Shown: positions 39,667-49,196 of the stretch, piece by piece | How the letters are laid out: the number at the start of each line of letters is the position of its first letter | Numbering within the stretch: the first letter of the stretch is position 1 | DNA from: an uncultured Chromatiales bacterium | GTDB taxonomy: Bacteria; Bacteroidota; Ignavibacteria; SZUA-365; CAYQST01 | Assembly: GCA_964449305.1 (NCBI GenBank) | Contig: CAYUYM010000001.1 | Location: forward strand, 32,160-96,159 | DNA: 64,000 bases | Reading direction: 5' to 3' | Made by a program: the position numbers and the translations under genes | The notes under the pieces: model-generated | What the model was told of the DNA's origin: nothing | Seen by the model: only the letters and a program-made list of their open reading frames with translations | Databases searched by the model: none

Positions 39667-42300
39667 ATGAACGGTTTCATGGACAAACGCCTGGGATTGA
39701 TCATCGCGCTCGCTGTCAGCTCGGCCCTGGCATTTGTGGTGCTTCCCACCATCCTGCCCTCCCCGGAAACGTATCTGAACGATCTGTCGGCGAGGTACAA
39801 ACTCGTCCTCGGATCCGCGAAGGGTGCGCGGAAGCATGCTCCCGGTCTGGAGTACTTCTACCGGACGCGTCTGTATGGCAATCCGGGAGTCAATGTGGAC
39901 CGGTTGCGGATGGATGCATCGGAAGCCATGGTGCGGCGCGAATCACAGGCGCTCAACAAGTCGGTGTTCACCAATGCGTGGACATCCATCGGCCCGCGAA
40001 ACCTGGCCGGTCGCATGAAGGCGATCGCATTCCACCCGGTCAATCATCAGATCGTCTATGCCGGAGCAGCCTCGGGTGGTGTCTTCAGGTCCACTGATGG
40101 TGGAGCCAACTGGCAGGCGGTCATGGACAATGCCCCCTCCATCCCTGTCGGGGCGATTGCCATCGACAAGAACAATCCCGATGTCGTGTTCGCAGGCACC
40201 GGCGAGCCGGTCATGGACATCTCCCGCGTGCGTTCGGCCCCCTCGTACTACGGCGTGGGTGTGATGAAATCCACTGACGCGGGTTCGACATGGGAGGCTC
40301 TGCCGTGGCCCACAAAATCCTCCGCGATCTTCCGCATCGTGCTGCATCCCACGTCGTCGGACACCATGCTGGTGGCGACACGATCCAACCTCATGAAATC
40401 CACCACGGGGGGAAAGACGTGGATCTCCTCCGCCCTTGCCGGCGTCTGCACGGATGTGCGGTACAAGATCGGCAATCCCTCCATCGTGTTCGCGGCGATC
40501 GGCAACGATGACGGCGGCATGAACAACGGCATCTGGCGTTCCGGTGCCGGCGGCGACCGTTACACCTGGGTGAAGTGTGCCACGAACTTCCCGTCCTCCG
40601 ATTCCACCGGCCGCATCATCCTTGCCCAGACGCCTGCCGATCCCAATCTCCTCATGGCCTTCGTCTCACTCAAGTACAGCCTTGTCGGCTCCTCCGGCAA
40701 CGATTTTCTGGCCCTGATGAAATCCACCGACGACGGTGCCACTTGGGAACGCGTCAAGACCAACCTGAAAAGCAACTACACCAACGGCCAGGCCTTCTAC
40801 GATTTCTGTGCCAACATATCGCCGCTCGACAAGAACGTCATCTTTACCGGTGGTCTCGAAGTGTACCGGTCCACGAACGGCGGTGTGAGTTTCTCGCAGG
40901 TCACCTCCGGCAACGAACCCGTGCATGTGGATCAGCACGTGATCGAGTTCCAGCCTGTCACAAACCACGTCTACATCGGAAACGACGGTGGCATCTACAA
41001 GAGCGTCACCAACGGGGCATCCTGGGACAACCTCGGTTACACGCTGCAGACCATCCAGTTCTACACCGTGCACGTGGATCCGAACGAGCCCCTGCGCATC
41101 CTCGGTGGCACGCAGGACAACGGAACACAGCGCCTCGCGCGCACAACGGACTGGAGCTGGGCCATCATCAACGGCGGCGATGGCGGCTATTGCGCCTTCG
41201 ACCCGAAGAACTCCAACACCATCTTCAGTCGCATCACCGTCTACAACTATCCGTTCCGCTCCACGAACGGTGGCAGCAGTTGGACCCCGTTGAACCGTGG
41301 TTTCCAGACAGACCTCGACCGCTCCAACTGGATCCCGCCGACCATCCTGGTGGGCACCACAAATCCCAAGCTGTACACGGCGACCCAGTTCGTCTATGTC
41401 GCCACCAACGTGACCAGCCCCATGTCCACCCCCACATGGAACGCGATCAGCACGGACCTGACGAAGCGCAATTCCTACGAGTCGGTGATCGCCACGATGA
41501 CTGTCGCCCCCAGCAACAGCAACGTGATGTACGTCGGCACCGGTGACGGCAAGGTGCAGAAGACGACCAATCTCAACGACGTCGAGGTGCAGTGGGAGGA
41601 TCTGACGCGCACGAACCTGCCGAACCGCTGGATCACCCGGGTGATCACCGATCCGAACAACGAGAACATCTGCTACGTCGGCTACTCGGGCACGGGCACG
41701 GGCCATGTGTTCAAGACGGTGGATGGCGGTGCGACATGGACCGACATCTCACTCAAGGCAGGCGGCTTTCCCGATGTCCCGGTGAACTCGATCGCCATCC
41801 CGAAGAACATGCCCAACGTGCTCTTTGTGGCGACGGACCTCGGCGTGCTTGTCACGACAGACGGCGGCACCTCCTGGGCGCGCTTCGGGACAGGGCTGCC
41901 GAACGTGGTGGTCTACGATCTCGCCATCAACTCGGCGAACCAGCTCATCGCCGCAACGCACGGTCGCGGGATGTGGATCACCGACGCCGTGGTGGGTGTG
42001 AACTCCACCGAGGTGGCCATCGACGGCGACTTCGTGCTGGAGCAGAACTACCCAAACCCCGTCATCATGTCCACACATTCCAGCACTGCGGTGAACTACG
42101 CCGTGAGCAGGCCGATGCATGTGACACTGTCTGTGTTCGACATGAACGGCCGCATGGTGCAGACCATCGACCGTGACCACAGCCAGCCGGGGCGCTACAG
42201 CGCCGTCATCTCGCCCGCGGATCTTCCGGCGGGTGTGTACTTCTACTCGATGACAAACGGAACGACGACACAGACGAGGAAGTTCGCCATCGTCCGCTGA
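39667..42300 (+). CDS. T9SS-secreted BNR/Asp-box repeat protein (sortilin/Ycf48-like beta-propeller)
   Basis: At least nine S-x-D-x-G-x-T-W Asp-box repeats are present, including STDGGANW, STDAGSTW, STTGGKTW, STDDGATW, STNGGVSF, STNGGSSW, TVDGGATW and TTDGGTSW. The CTD is NYPNPVIMS...RKFAIVR. The N-terminus is a signal anchor. Confidence 0.75.
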   Translation: MNGFMDKRLGLIIALAVSSALAFVVLPTILPSPETYLNDLSARYKLVLGSAKGARKHAPGLEYFYRTRLYGNPGVNVDRLRMDASEAMVRRESQALNKSVFTNAWTSIGPRNLAGRMKAIAFHPVNHQIVYAGAASGGVFRSTDGGANWQAVMDNAPSIPVGAIAIDKNNPDVVFAGTGEPVMDISRVRSAPSYYGVGVMKSTDAGSTWEALPWPTKSSAIFRIVLHPTSSDTMLVATRSNLMKSTTGGKTWISSALAGVCTDVRYKIGNPSIVFAAIGNDDGGMNNGIWRSGAGGDRYTWVKCATNFPSSDSTGRIILAQTPADPNLLMAFVSLKYSLVGSSGNDFLALMKSTDDGATWERVKTNLKSNYTNGQAFYDFCANISPLDKNVIFTGGLEVYRSTNGGVSFSQVTSGNEPVHVDQHVIEFQPVTNHVYIGNDGGIYKSVTNGASWDNLGYTLQTIQFYTVHVDPNEPLRILGGTQDNGTQRLARTTDWSWAIINGGDGGYCAFDPKNSNTIFSRITVYNYPFRSTNGGSSWTPLNRGFQTDLDRSNWIPPTILVGTTNPKLYTATQFVYVATNVTSPMSTPTWNAISTDLTKRNSYESVIATMTVAPSNSNVMYVGTGDGKVQKTTNLNDVEVQWEDLTRTNLPNRWITRVITDPNNENICYVGYSGTGTGHVFKTVDGGATWTDISLKAGGFPDVPVNSIAIPKNMPNVLFVATDLGVLVTTDGGTSWARFGTGLPNVVVYDLAINSANQLIAATHGRGMWITDAVVGVNSTEVAIDGDFVLEQNYPNPVIMSTHSSTAVNYAVSRPMHVTLSVFDMNGRMVQTIDRDHSQPGRYSAVISPADLPAGVYFYSMTNGTTTQTRKFAIVR

Positions 42301-42324
42301 CCCCGTCGTCTCACGTCTCTCCAT

Positions 42325-42360
42325 GAAGCCCCGTTCCAGCGAACGGGGCTTCGTCGTTCA
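42325..42360 (+). terminator. Rho-independent terminator after BNR-repeat gene
   Basis: The hairpin is GAAGCCCCGTTC-cagc-GAACGGGGCTTC, a 12-bp perfect stem, followed by GTCGTTCAC. Confidence 0.6.
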
Positions 42361-42542
42361 CAGCGCCCCGCAGGATGCGAAACGGATTCTGCGCCAGCCC
42401 GGATTGCGATGTAACCATCTCACACATCCGATGTCTATATTTCGTGTTGACGCACAATGACAACACACATGATTCACGTCTCCCTTCGCTCATGTCCGTG
42501 GCAACAAGCATCCATCATATTCATCCACCCCAGGAGAACCCC

Positions 42543-43421
42543 ATGAAAAACCTCATCCTTCCGGTTGTGCTCGTCCTGGCACTTGCGCTCAGTGCATGCG
42601 ACAAGTCCTCTGTGGCACCCACCGGACCGACGAACAACAGCGTTGCAGCAGTGCAACTGCTTGGAAGCCTCGATCTGACAACGGATCAGGAGTTGCAGCT
42701 TGACCAGGCCTTCTACCTTGGTGAGGATCTCGAGAACACCCTCACACCTCGCCAGACCAAGGCGATCAATGATCTCGTCATCATGTTCACCCCGCCCGAC
42801 AGCATGGGTGGCCGCATCCGCCAGGCCGTCATGGACATGGACGCCATGATGTACTTCCGCCTGATCCTCAAAGCGAATCCGGACATGTCCGACGAGATGA
42901 AGAAGGCGATCTACGATCTCATCGTCGCCTCGGCGAAGAACCGCCTCGCCATCATCCTCGAGAACAAGGAAAACCCGGACGTCATCCGTGATCTGTTGAA
43001 GACGGAGCATGAGGCCCTCATCGCCGCCATCAACGAGCTCATCGGACCGGAAGCCGTGAAGAACGCCGAGGATCTCAAGGCGAAGATCGAGCAGGAACGC
43101 AAGGACCGCATGGAGAAGCTGCTTGAGCAGCGCATCCAGCGCCAGGTGGATCAGCTCACAAAGTTCCTCGGTCTCGATGAGGAGCAGGCAGCCGCCATCA
43201 AGGCCATCCTCATCGCCCAGGAGAAGCAGATCCAGGCGCTGCGTGAGCAGTACAAGGGCGATCCCGAAGGCTTCCGCGCCGCGTTGAAGGAACTCCAGGC
43301 GGCAACGGACAAGGCCATCTCCAACCTCCTCACCGACGAGCAGTTGAAAAAGTGGGAGGCTCTGAAGAACCGGCGTCATGGCGGTGGTGGTGGTCCCATC
43401 ATCATCGGGCCCCGTGGCTGA
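42543..43421 (+). CDS. Periplasmic LTXXQ-motif (Spy/CpxP/ZraP-like) lipoprotein
   Basis: The protein begins MKNLILPVVLVLALALSAC, a lipobox. The repeated LTPRQ / LDEEQ / LTDEQ motifs are typical of the CpxP/Spy family. The body is coiled-coil-rich, and a G5 tail is present. Confidence 0.55.
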   Translation: MKNLILPVVLVLALALSACDKSSVAPTGPTNNSVAAVQLLGSLDLTTDQELQLDQAFYLGEDLENTLTPRQTKAINDLVIMFTPPDSMGGRIRQAVMDMDAMMYFRLILKANPDMSDEMKKAIYDLIVASAKNRLAIILENKENPDVIRDLLKTEHEALIAAINELIGPEAVKNAEDLKAKIEQERKDRMEKLLEQRIQRQVDQLTKFLGLDEEQAAAIKAILIAQEKQIQALREQYKGDPEGFRAALKELQAATDKAISNLLTDEQLKKWEALKNRRHGGGGGPIIIGPRG

Positions 43422-43432
43422 CGCTCTGATCG

Positions 43433-43468
43433 AAAAAAACCCCGTTGCTTCAACGGGGTTTTTTTTCG
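43433..43468 (+). terminator. Strong rho-independent (bidirectional-type) terminator
   Basis: The sequence is AAAAAAA-CCCCGTTG-cttc-AACGGGG-TTTTTTTTT, 12 nt after the stop. Confidence 0.85.
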
Positions 43469-43583
43469 TCGTGCCATTGCTTTGTGATCGCCCGCACATT
43501 TCGTACCTTGACACGTCACAATGTGGCTTCCGTTCTCGCCAACAGTTTGCGTGTCCACCACACCCATCAACAGCATCGCACCC

Positions 43584-44978
43584 ATGGAAAAGTTCGATCT
43601 TTTTCAGCACCCGATTTTCATCGTCGATGATGAGCGGCAGAATCTCGCCCTGCTTCGCATGTGGATCGAGAAGATCTGGCGGTTCCCGGTCAGGGAGTTC
43701 ATCTCCCCGGGCGAGTGCATCAAGAACCTGCCCACCGAACCGAGCCTTGTCATCCTCGACATCATGATGCCGGAGATGGATGGCATCACCCTGCTCAAGC
43801 TCATCAAGAGCGACTATCCGCACATCCCCGTGGTGCTGCTGTCCGCACAGGGGAACGTGCAGATGGCGGTCGATTCCATCCACATGGGTGCCTTCGACTA
43901 CCTCACCAAACCGGTGGACAGGGACAGGCTCGAGGTCGTGCTCCGCAACGCGATCAAGGAGTTCCAGCTCGCCTGTGAGCTGCGGGACATGAAGAAGCGT
44001 CTGGCACAGAACACGGCCTTCACCCAGATCATCTCCATCGATGCCAGGATGAAGAAGGTGTTCGACCTCATCAAGAAATCGGCCAATTCCATGATCTCGG
44101 TTCTGATCCAGGGGGAGAGTGGCACGGGGAAGGAGCTTGTGGCGCAGGCGCTGCATTCCATGAGCATCCGTGCATCGAAACCCATGATCGTGGTCAACTG
44201 CGCCGCCATCCCATCGGAGCTTCTGGAGTCGGAACTGTTCGGCCATGAAAAGGGATCCTTCACCGGGGCCGACAGCATGAAGGTCGGCAAGTTCGAGGCG
44301 GCCAGTGGCGGGACGCTCTTCCTCGACGAGATCGGTGAGATGGAGTTCCAGTTGCAGGCGAAGCTTCTGCGGGCCATCCAGCAGAAGGAGATCACCCGCG
44401 TCGGCAGCGTGCATCCCATCCAGGTGGACGTGCGGATCATCTCCGCCACCAACAGGGATCTCATGCAGCTTGTCCGGGAGGGGCGCTTCCGCGAGGATCT
44501 GTATTACCGCCTCGCCACGTTTCCGATTCTGATCCCGCCTCTGCGCGAGCGTCCGGATGACATTGTTCTCCTGGCCGAGCATTTCCTGGAGCGCTCCATC
44601 GACCGGCAGCAGAAGGATGTCCGGGGTCTGTCCAAGGAGGCCATGATAGCCCTGTCACGGTATCAGTGGCCGGGCAATGTGCGTGAACTCCAGAGCGTCA
44701 TCGAGCGCGCCATCATCCTGGCCGACGAGCCCGTGATCACGCTGGAGCAACTGCCCCTGGAAATCGCTGAAACAGATTCCTCCTCGGGTGAGCAATATTC
44801 GGCCGGCGTCTTCAACATCCTTTCCCCCAACGATCTCGTGCCCTTCGAATCGTTCAAGAAGAGCATCATCAAGAAGGCCTACCAGGTGTGCGAGGGCAAC
44901 ATCAGCGAGGTGGCGCAGCGCCTGAACATCAGCCGGACCACGGTCTATCGCATGCTTGAGGGCGACACCAACCTCTGA
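43584..44978 (+). CDS. Sigma-54-dependent response regulator (NtrC family: receiver + AAA+ + Fis-type HTH)
   Basis: The receiver is IFIVDDE...ILDIMMPEMDG...K. The AAA+ domain carries Walker A GESGTGKE, the GAFTGA-like loop GHEKGSFTGA and ESELFGHE. The C-terminal HTH is ISEVAQRLNISRTTVYR. Confidence 0.85.
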   Translation: MEKFDLFQHPIFIVDDERQNLALLRMWIEKIWRFPVREFISPGECIKNLPTEPSLVILDIMMPEMDGITLLKLIKSDYPHIPVVLLSAQGNVQMAVDSIHMGAFDYLTKPVDRDRLEVVLRNAIKEFQLACELRDMKKRLAQNTAFTQIISIDARMKKVFDLIKKSANSMISVLIQGESGTGKELVAQALHSMSIRASKPMIVVNCAAIPSELLESELFGHEKGSFTGADSMKVGKFEAASGGTLFLDEIGEMEFQLQAKLLRAIQQKEITRVGSVHPIQVDVRIISATNRDLMQLVREGRFREDLYYRLATFPILIPPLRERPDDIVLLAEHFLERSIDRQQKDVRGLSKEAMIALSRYQWPGNVRELQSVIERAIILADEPVITLEQLPLEIAETDSSSGEQYSAGVFNILSPNDLVPFESFKKSIIKKAYQVCEGNISEVAQRLNISRTTVYRMLEGDTNL

Positions 44979-44985
44979 TCCCCCC

Positions 44986-45024
44986 ATAAAAAAGGACCAC
45001 CGCAAGGGGGGTTACTTGCGGTGG
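44986..45024 (-). terminator. Intrinsic terminator-like hairpin (minus orientation), 270 nt downstream of dapD
   Basis: On the minus strand the sequence is CCACCGCAAG-taaccccc-CTTGCGGTGG followed by TCCTTTTTTATG. The stem is a perfect 10 bp. Confidence 0.5.
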
Positions 45025-45293
45025 CGTGAGGTTGATCCTCGGTATGGTGTGTGTTTTTGGTATAACTGTGTCGCTGGGGAAGCGTCACAGAATGGGTTCG
45101 CGAGGAGATTACCCGGAGGAACCGGGCTTGCGATTTTGACAGAGACCCCCTGTGTCAACGCAGGTAGGGTATTGTGTTGGGAGAGCTTTCTTCTGGGTGA
45201 TATGTCTGTTATTCAACAGGTTCATGGCGTACAAGATAGTGCATCGGGGAGGGAAAATCAACTGGATTTTTCCACGCCTTGCACCCTTTGGCG

Positions 45294-46133
45294 TCAGGCG
45301 TAATCGCGCAGGGAACCTTCCAGCGCAGACTTCGCACTGGTTTGTGCATCGCGGTACTTGACGATGACCGGAGTGTAGATCGCGATGTCGTGCTGCTTCG
45401 CGAAGGCGCCCCGTGCCGGTCGGCTTCCCTGCACCACCACCGCACCTGCAGGGATGACGAGCGGCTCCTCCTCGGTGGCCGTGTGCACCGTGGCCTTCAC
45501 CAGATCATACACGGGAGTGGACCGTGTGAGCACCACACCGGTGCCGATCACAGCGCCCTCTGAAACCCGCGTACCCTCGTAGATTCCACAATTGCCTCCG
45601 ACCAGCACATCATCCTCGATGATCACCGGCAGCGCCCCCACCGGCTCCAGCACACCGCCGATCTGCACCCCGGCACTCAGATGGACATTGCGGCCGATCT
45701 GTGCGCAGGAACCCACAAGGGCATGGCTGTCGACAAGCGATCCGGAACCCACCCAGGCGCCGATGTTGACATAGGACGGTGGCATCACGATCACGCCAGG
45801 AGCCAGGTGGGCGCCATCGCGGACCGTGGTGCCACCCGGAACGATCCGGCATCCGGAATCCAGGTCGAAACGCTGCACTGGCAACGTGTCGCGGTCCGTG
45901 AAGCTGAACGTGTCGCCGGCGGGGAGGGAGGCCAGCACACCGATGCGGAATGCCCAGAGGATGATCTCCTTCACCCGGTGGTTGACCACCCATGTACCGG
46001 ATTCCCTGGATGCGGCACGCAGTGTTCCGTCACGGAGCCGCTCCCAGATGGTGGCAAGCATCGCGCGGTGCTCGTCGGTCACCGCGCCGGGCGGGACGGA
46101 GAGGAGGTGGTCGATGATGGTTTCGGGGGTCAT
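45294..46133 (-). CDS. dapD: 2,3,4,5-tetrahydropyridine-2,6-dicarboxylate N-succinyltransferase
   Basis: Left-handed beta-helix hexapeptide repeats are present, for example GAWVGSGSLVDSHALVGSCAQIG and NVHLSAGVQIGGVLEP. The DapD-like N-domain is RVKEIILWAFR. I moved the start to the internal Met at 46133. Confidence 0.8.
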   Translation of the reverse strand: MTPETIIDHLLSVPPGAVTDEHRAMLATIWERLRDGTLRAASRESGTWVVNHRVKEIILWAFRIGVLASLPAGDTFSFTDRDTLPVQRFDLDSGCRIVPGGTTVRDGAHLAPGVIVMPPSYVNIGAWVGSGSLVDSHALVGSCAQIGRNVHLSAGVQIGGVLEPVGALPVIIEDDVLVGGNCGIYEGTRVSEGAVIGTGVVLTRSTPVYDLVKATVHTATEEEPLVIPAGAVVVQGSRPARGAFAKQHDIAIYTPVIVKYRDAQTSAKSALEGSLRDYA

Positions 46134-46244
46134 GGGGTGCTCCTTTCTGCTCTTTCGAGGGGCCCATCCGGGCTTTTTCTTGCTGATGTGATTTTGTAAC
46201 TTGACTCGCTTGAAACAGGCACTGGCCATTCGCAGGATAAAAGT

Positions 46245-47021
46245 ATGAAATTCCCGATTTTCTTCCTTCTTGCCCTCCTTGCCCTCCCTCTCACCGCCCA
46301 GGAATCCGTGACCTGGGACGAGGCTCCCCAGTTCTCCGTCGATCTCGACAACAGACCGGACCCGGGAATCCGCCTCTTCCAGCCGTCGAACCACAAGCCG
46401 TTTCTGCTTCTCACCTCAAGCGCCTTCAAGGCCGTCCTGGTGATCGATCTCCAATCCCGCGTTGTGCATGAGATCGCCGTGAAGGAGGTGAAGGCTGATG
46501 GCGAGTACGCGGTTGCCACGAAAGGGATTCCGCAGGGGCGCATGGTGGCGAAATACGGAGTGGATGGGGCGCGTGCCTCGTTTGGGTACCTGGGGAAGGT
46601 GTATGTGGTGAAGGCGAAGGAGCCGATCGTCGGTGAAGCGACGGAGGCGATGATCTATCAGCACAGTCCACTGTACGCCATCCTGCGCGACAAATACAAG
46701 CCGAAGAAGGCGGCGGTGGATTTCATGAAATCCTACGGAACGAAGACGGAGGTGGTGGTGATCTTTGCCACCTGGTGTCCGACGTGCAAGCGTCTCCTGC
46801 CGCATTTTCTCCGCCTCATGAAGGACGCGAACAATCCCGTCTTTTCCATGAAGTTCTTCGGTCTTGCCATGGGCGGCGCAGAACCGAAGTGGATCGTGGA
46901 CACCTACGGGCATGATTACCCCGCGTTCATCTTCTACCAGAACGGGAAGGAGAAGGCCCGGATCTTTGGCGATCCACCGGGCCTCATCGAGCAGACCGTC
47001 GTCAACCTCCTGAAGCGGTGA
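46245..47021 (+). CDS. Secreted thioredoxin-fold protein (CxxC: WCPTC)
   Basis: It has a signal peptide, MKFPIFFLLALLALPLTAQ. The C-terminal domain carries VVVIFATWCPTCKRLLP. Confidence 0.6.
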   Translation: MKFPIFFLLALLALPLTAQESVTWDEAPQFSVDLDNRPDPGIRLFQPSNHKPFLLLTSSAFKAVLVIDLQSRVVHEIAVKEVKADGEYAVATKGIPQGRMVAKYGVDGARASFGYLGKVYVVKAKEPIVGEATEAMIYQHSPLYAILRDKYKPKKAAVDFMKSYGTKTEVVVIFATWCPTCKRLLPHFLRLMKDANNPVFSMKFFGLAMGGAEPKWIVDTYGHDYPAFIFYQNGKEKARIFGDPPGLIEQTVVNLLKR

Positions 47022-47025
47022 TGCG

Positions 47026-47949
47026 ATGACCTCCGGGCTCAAGGCGCCGTATGTGCTGGCGCGCATCTTTCAGATCGCCGTGGCGCTGATCCTGATCTTC
47101 GCCGCTGTTCTCAAGGCTTTCGACCCTGAGGCCTTCGCCCTGCAGATCGCCGAGTATGGCATCTTTCCGGACCTGGCAGGCATCGGGGCGTGGGGATTCC
47201 TCCTTGCCGAGTTCACCCTCGGAGCGTTTCTCATTCTGAACCTGTACTCCCGCCTCACCAACCTCGCCACCATCGCCCTGCTTGCCCTGTTCATCGGGGT
47301 CACGTTCTATGCGATGCAAAACGGTGTCATGGAAAACTGCGGATGCTTCGGCAACCTCGTCCACAGGCCGCCCACCCAGGTGATGCTCGAGGATGCGGTG
47401 ATGTTGCTTGCTGTGTCGTATTCCACCTTTGTCCTGTGGAACAGCGATCCGATCGCCATCAAGCCGCGGGTGATCATTGCGAGCATCTTCGTGGTGCTTG
47501 CCATGGCGACGGCCGTCTTCAGTCGTCATCTGCCGGTTGACAACTATGTCACCGAGCTTCGCCCCGGGGTCAGGCCCCAGCCATGGTTGTCGCAGAACCT
47601 CCGTGTGGATCTGGCCGAGGGGAACTTCATGGTGTTTCTTGTGTCGATGCTGGCCGACAATTTTCCCGATCAGGCGCGGCGGATCTCTCTCATCAGCCAG
47701 AACCTGCCCGACCAGGTGCTTCCCGTGGTTCTGATCGTGGATCCGGCGGACGAGCTTGTCAAGCTCACGTTCCAGTACGGCATCGCCTGCCCGGCCGGCT
47801 GGGTCGACAGCAAGGCGGCGCGGCGGCTCTATCGGACGCTGCCTCGAAGCTTCCTGATCCGTGACGGGCGCATCACCCGCGTGTGGAACGGCATCGCCGC
47901 CATGTCCGACATCACCCCCATGCTTGCCGCGCCAGCCACAGACCAGTGA
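47026..47949 (+). CDS. MauE/DoxX-family membrane protein with C-terminal redoxin-like domain
   Basis: The N-terminus has 4-5 TM helices and a CGCFGN motif. The C-terminal roughly 120 aa have a TlpA/redoxin-like fold but no CxxC. It is probably cotranscribed with the upstream thioredoxin-like gene. Confidence 0.5.
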   Translation: MTSGLKAPYVLARIFQIAVALILIFAAVLKAFDPEAFALQIAEYGIFPDLAGIGAWGFLLAEFTLGAFLILNLYSRLTNLATIALLALFIGVTFYAMQNGVMENCGCFGNLVHRPPTQVMLEDAVMLLAVSYSTFVLWNSDPIAIKPRVIIASIFVVLAMATAVFSRHLPVDNYVTELRPGVRPQPWLSQNLRVDLAEGNFMVFLVSMLADNFPDQARRISLISQNLPDQVLPVVLIVDPADELVKLTFQYGIACPAGWVDSKAARRLYRTLPRSFLIRDGRITRVWNGIAAMSDITPMLAAPATDQ

Positions 47950-47960
47950 GGAGACCCCAG

Positions 47961-48512
47961 ATGCGACGAATCCGGATCTACACACGCAAGGGTGACACGG
48001 GTGGCACCGTTCTGATGGGGGGAAGAAAGGTGGGGAAGGACAGCCTCCGCGTGGAGGGGTATGGGACGGTTGACGAGCTGAACTCGTTTGTCGGTCTCGC
48101 CCAGGCAGCAGTCAGCAATGAAACGCTGATGGAGGTGCTCACCCACACACAGAACGAGCTCTTTGTGCTGGGAGCCGATCTTGCGACGCCGATGGACGTG
48201 ACATCAGATTCCGTCATCCGCATCACCGACCAGGCCATCGAGCGCATGGAGAAGGTCATCGACCTTCTCGAGGATGAGCTGCCGCCCATCCGGTTCTTCA
48301 TCCTTCCCGGAGGTGAAGAAGGCGCGGCCCGCCTGCACGTCTGCCGTTCCATCTGCCGCAGGGCCGAACGGCTTGTCGTCCGCCTTGCGGCCATGGAGGA
48401 GATCAACCCGGTCGCCATCGCCTATCTGAACCGCCTGTCGGATCTCCTCTTTGTGATGGCGCGGTACGCCAATCACGTCACCGGCACCCCCGAAACCCGC
48501 TGGACACCGTAA
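47961..48512 (+). CDS. ATP:cob(I)alamin adenosyltransferase, PduO/MMAB type
   Basis: The N-terminus is RIYTRKGDTGGT. The segments GTVDELNSFVG and RRAERR-like (CRRAERL) form the PduO signature. A gaggag RBS is present. Confidence 0.8.
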   Translation: MRRIRIYTRKGDTGGTVLMGGRKVGKDSLRVEGYGTVDELNSFVGLAQAAVSNETLMEVLTHTQNELFVLGADLATPMDVTSDSVIRITDQAIERMEKVIDLLEDELPPIRFFILPGGEEGAARLHVCRSICRRAERLVVRLAAMEEINPVAIAYLNRLSDLLFVMARYANHVTGTPETRWTP

Positions 48513-48520
48513 ACCAACCA

Positions 48521-49144
48521 ATGCCGCCCATGTTCATTGCCATCGCCGGAAACATCGGATCTGGAAAGTCATCCCTCACGCGCCTGTTGGAGCACCGCTT
48601 CGGCTGGAAGCCGTACTATGAATCTGTCGACAACAATCCCTACCTGCCGGATTTCTATGCCGACATGAAGCGCTGGTCCTTCCACCTTCAGGTGTATTTC
48701 CTCTCACAACGGTTCATCGTCCATCGACATCTGATCGAGGAGCCGGGCACGGTGGTGCAGGACCGCTCCATCTACGAGGATGCGGAGATCTTTGCCGCCA
48801 ACCTCCACGCCATCGGGCGGATGGACGACCGTGATTACGAGAACTACCTCGCCCTCTACGGTGCCATGACCTCGTATCTCCACCCCCCGCATCTGTTGAT
48901 CTACCTCCGGGCGGATGTCGACACGCTTCTCAAACAGATCAGGCTGCGAGGAAGGGATTTCGAGCAGAGCATCGAACGCAGCTATCTCGACCAGCTCAAC
49001 ACGCTGTACGATGGATGGATCGCGAAATACCGGCTCGGTCCCCTGCTCGTCGTGGACACCAATGAAATGGACTTTGTCCACGATGTGGGGGCACAGGATG
49101 AGTTGATCGCGCGGATCCACGACAGGCTCATTGCCATTGGCTGA
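48521..49144 (+). CDS. Deoxynucleoside kinase
   Basis: The P-loop is IAIAGNIGSGKSS. An ERS-like segment (QDRSIYED) and the dNK-family arginine-rich lid RLRGRDFEQ are present. Confidence 0.8.
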   Translation: MPPMFIAIAGNIGSGKSSLTRLLEHRFGWKPYYESVDNNPYLPDFYADMKRWSFHLQVYFLSQRFIVHRHLIEEPGTVVQDRSIYEDAEIFAANLHAIGRMDDRDYENYLALYGAMTSYLHPPHLLIYLRADVDTLLKQIRLRGRDFEQSIERSYLDQLNTLYDGWIAKYRLGPLLVVDTNEMDFVHDVGAQDELIARIHDRLIAIG

Positions 49145-49196
49145 CATGCGACCGGTCCAGGGTTGTCGGCGCCGCACCGCCGGGCACCATCACTCC

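Noticed and set aside
42474-44582. 702-aa minus-strand ORF
   Set aside because: It is antisense to the LTXXQ lipoprotein gene and the sigma-54 activator with Walker A/GAFTGA. It also spans a strong intrinsic terminator, so it is a shadow ORF.
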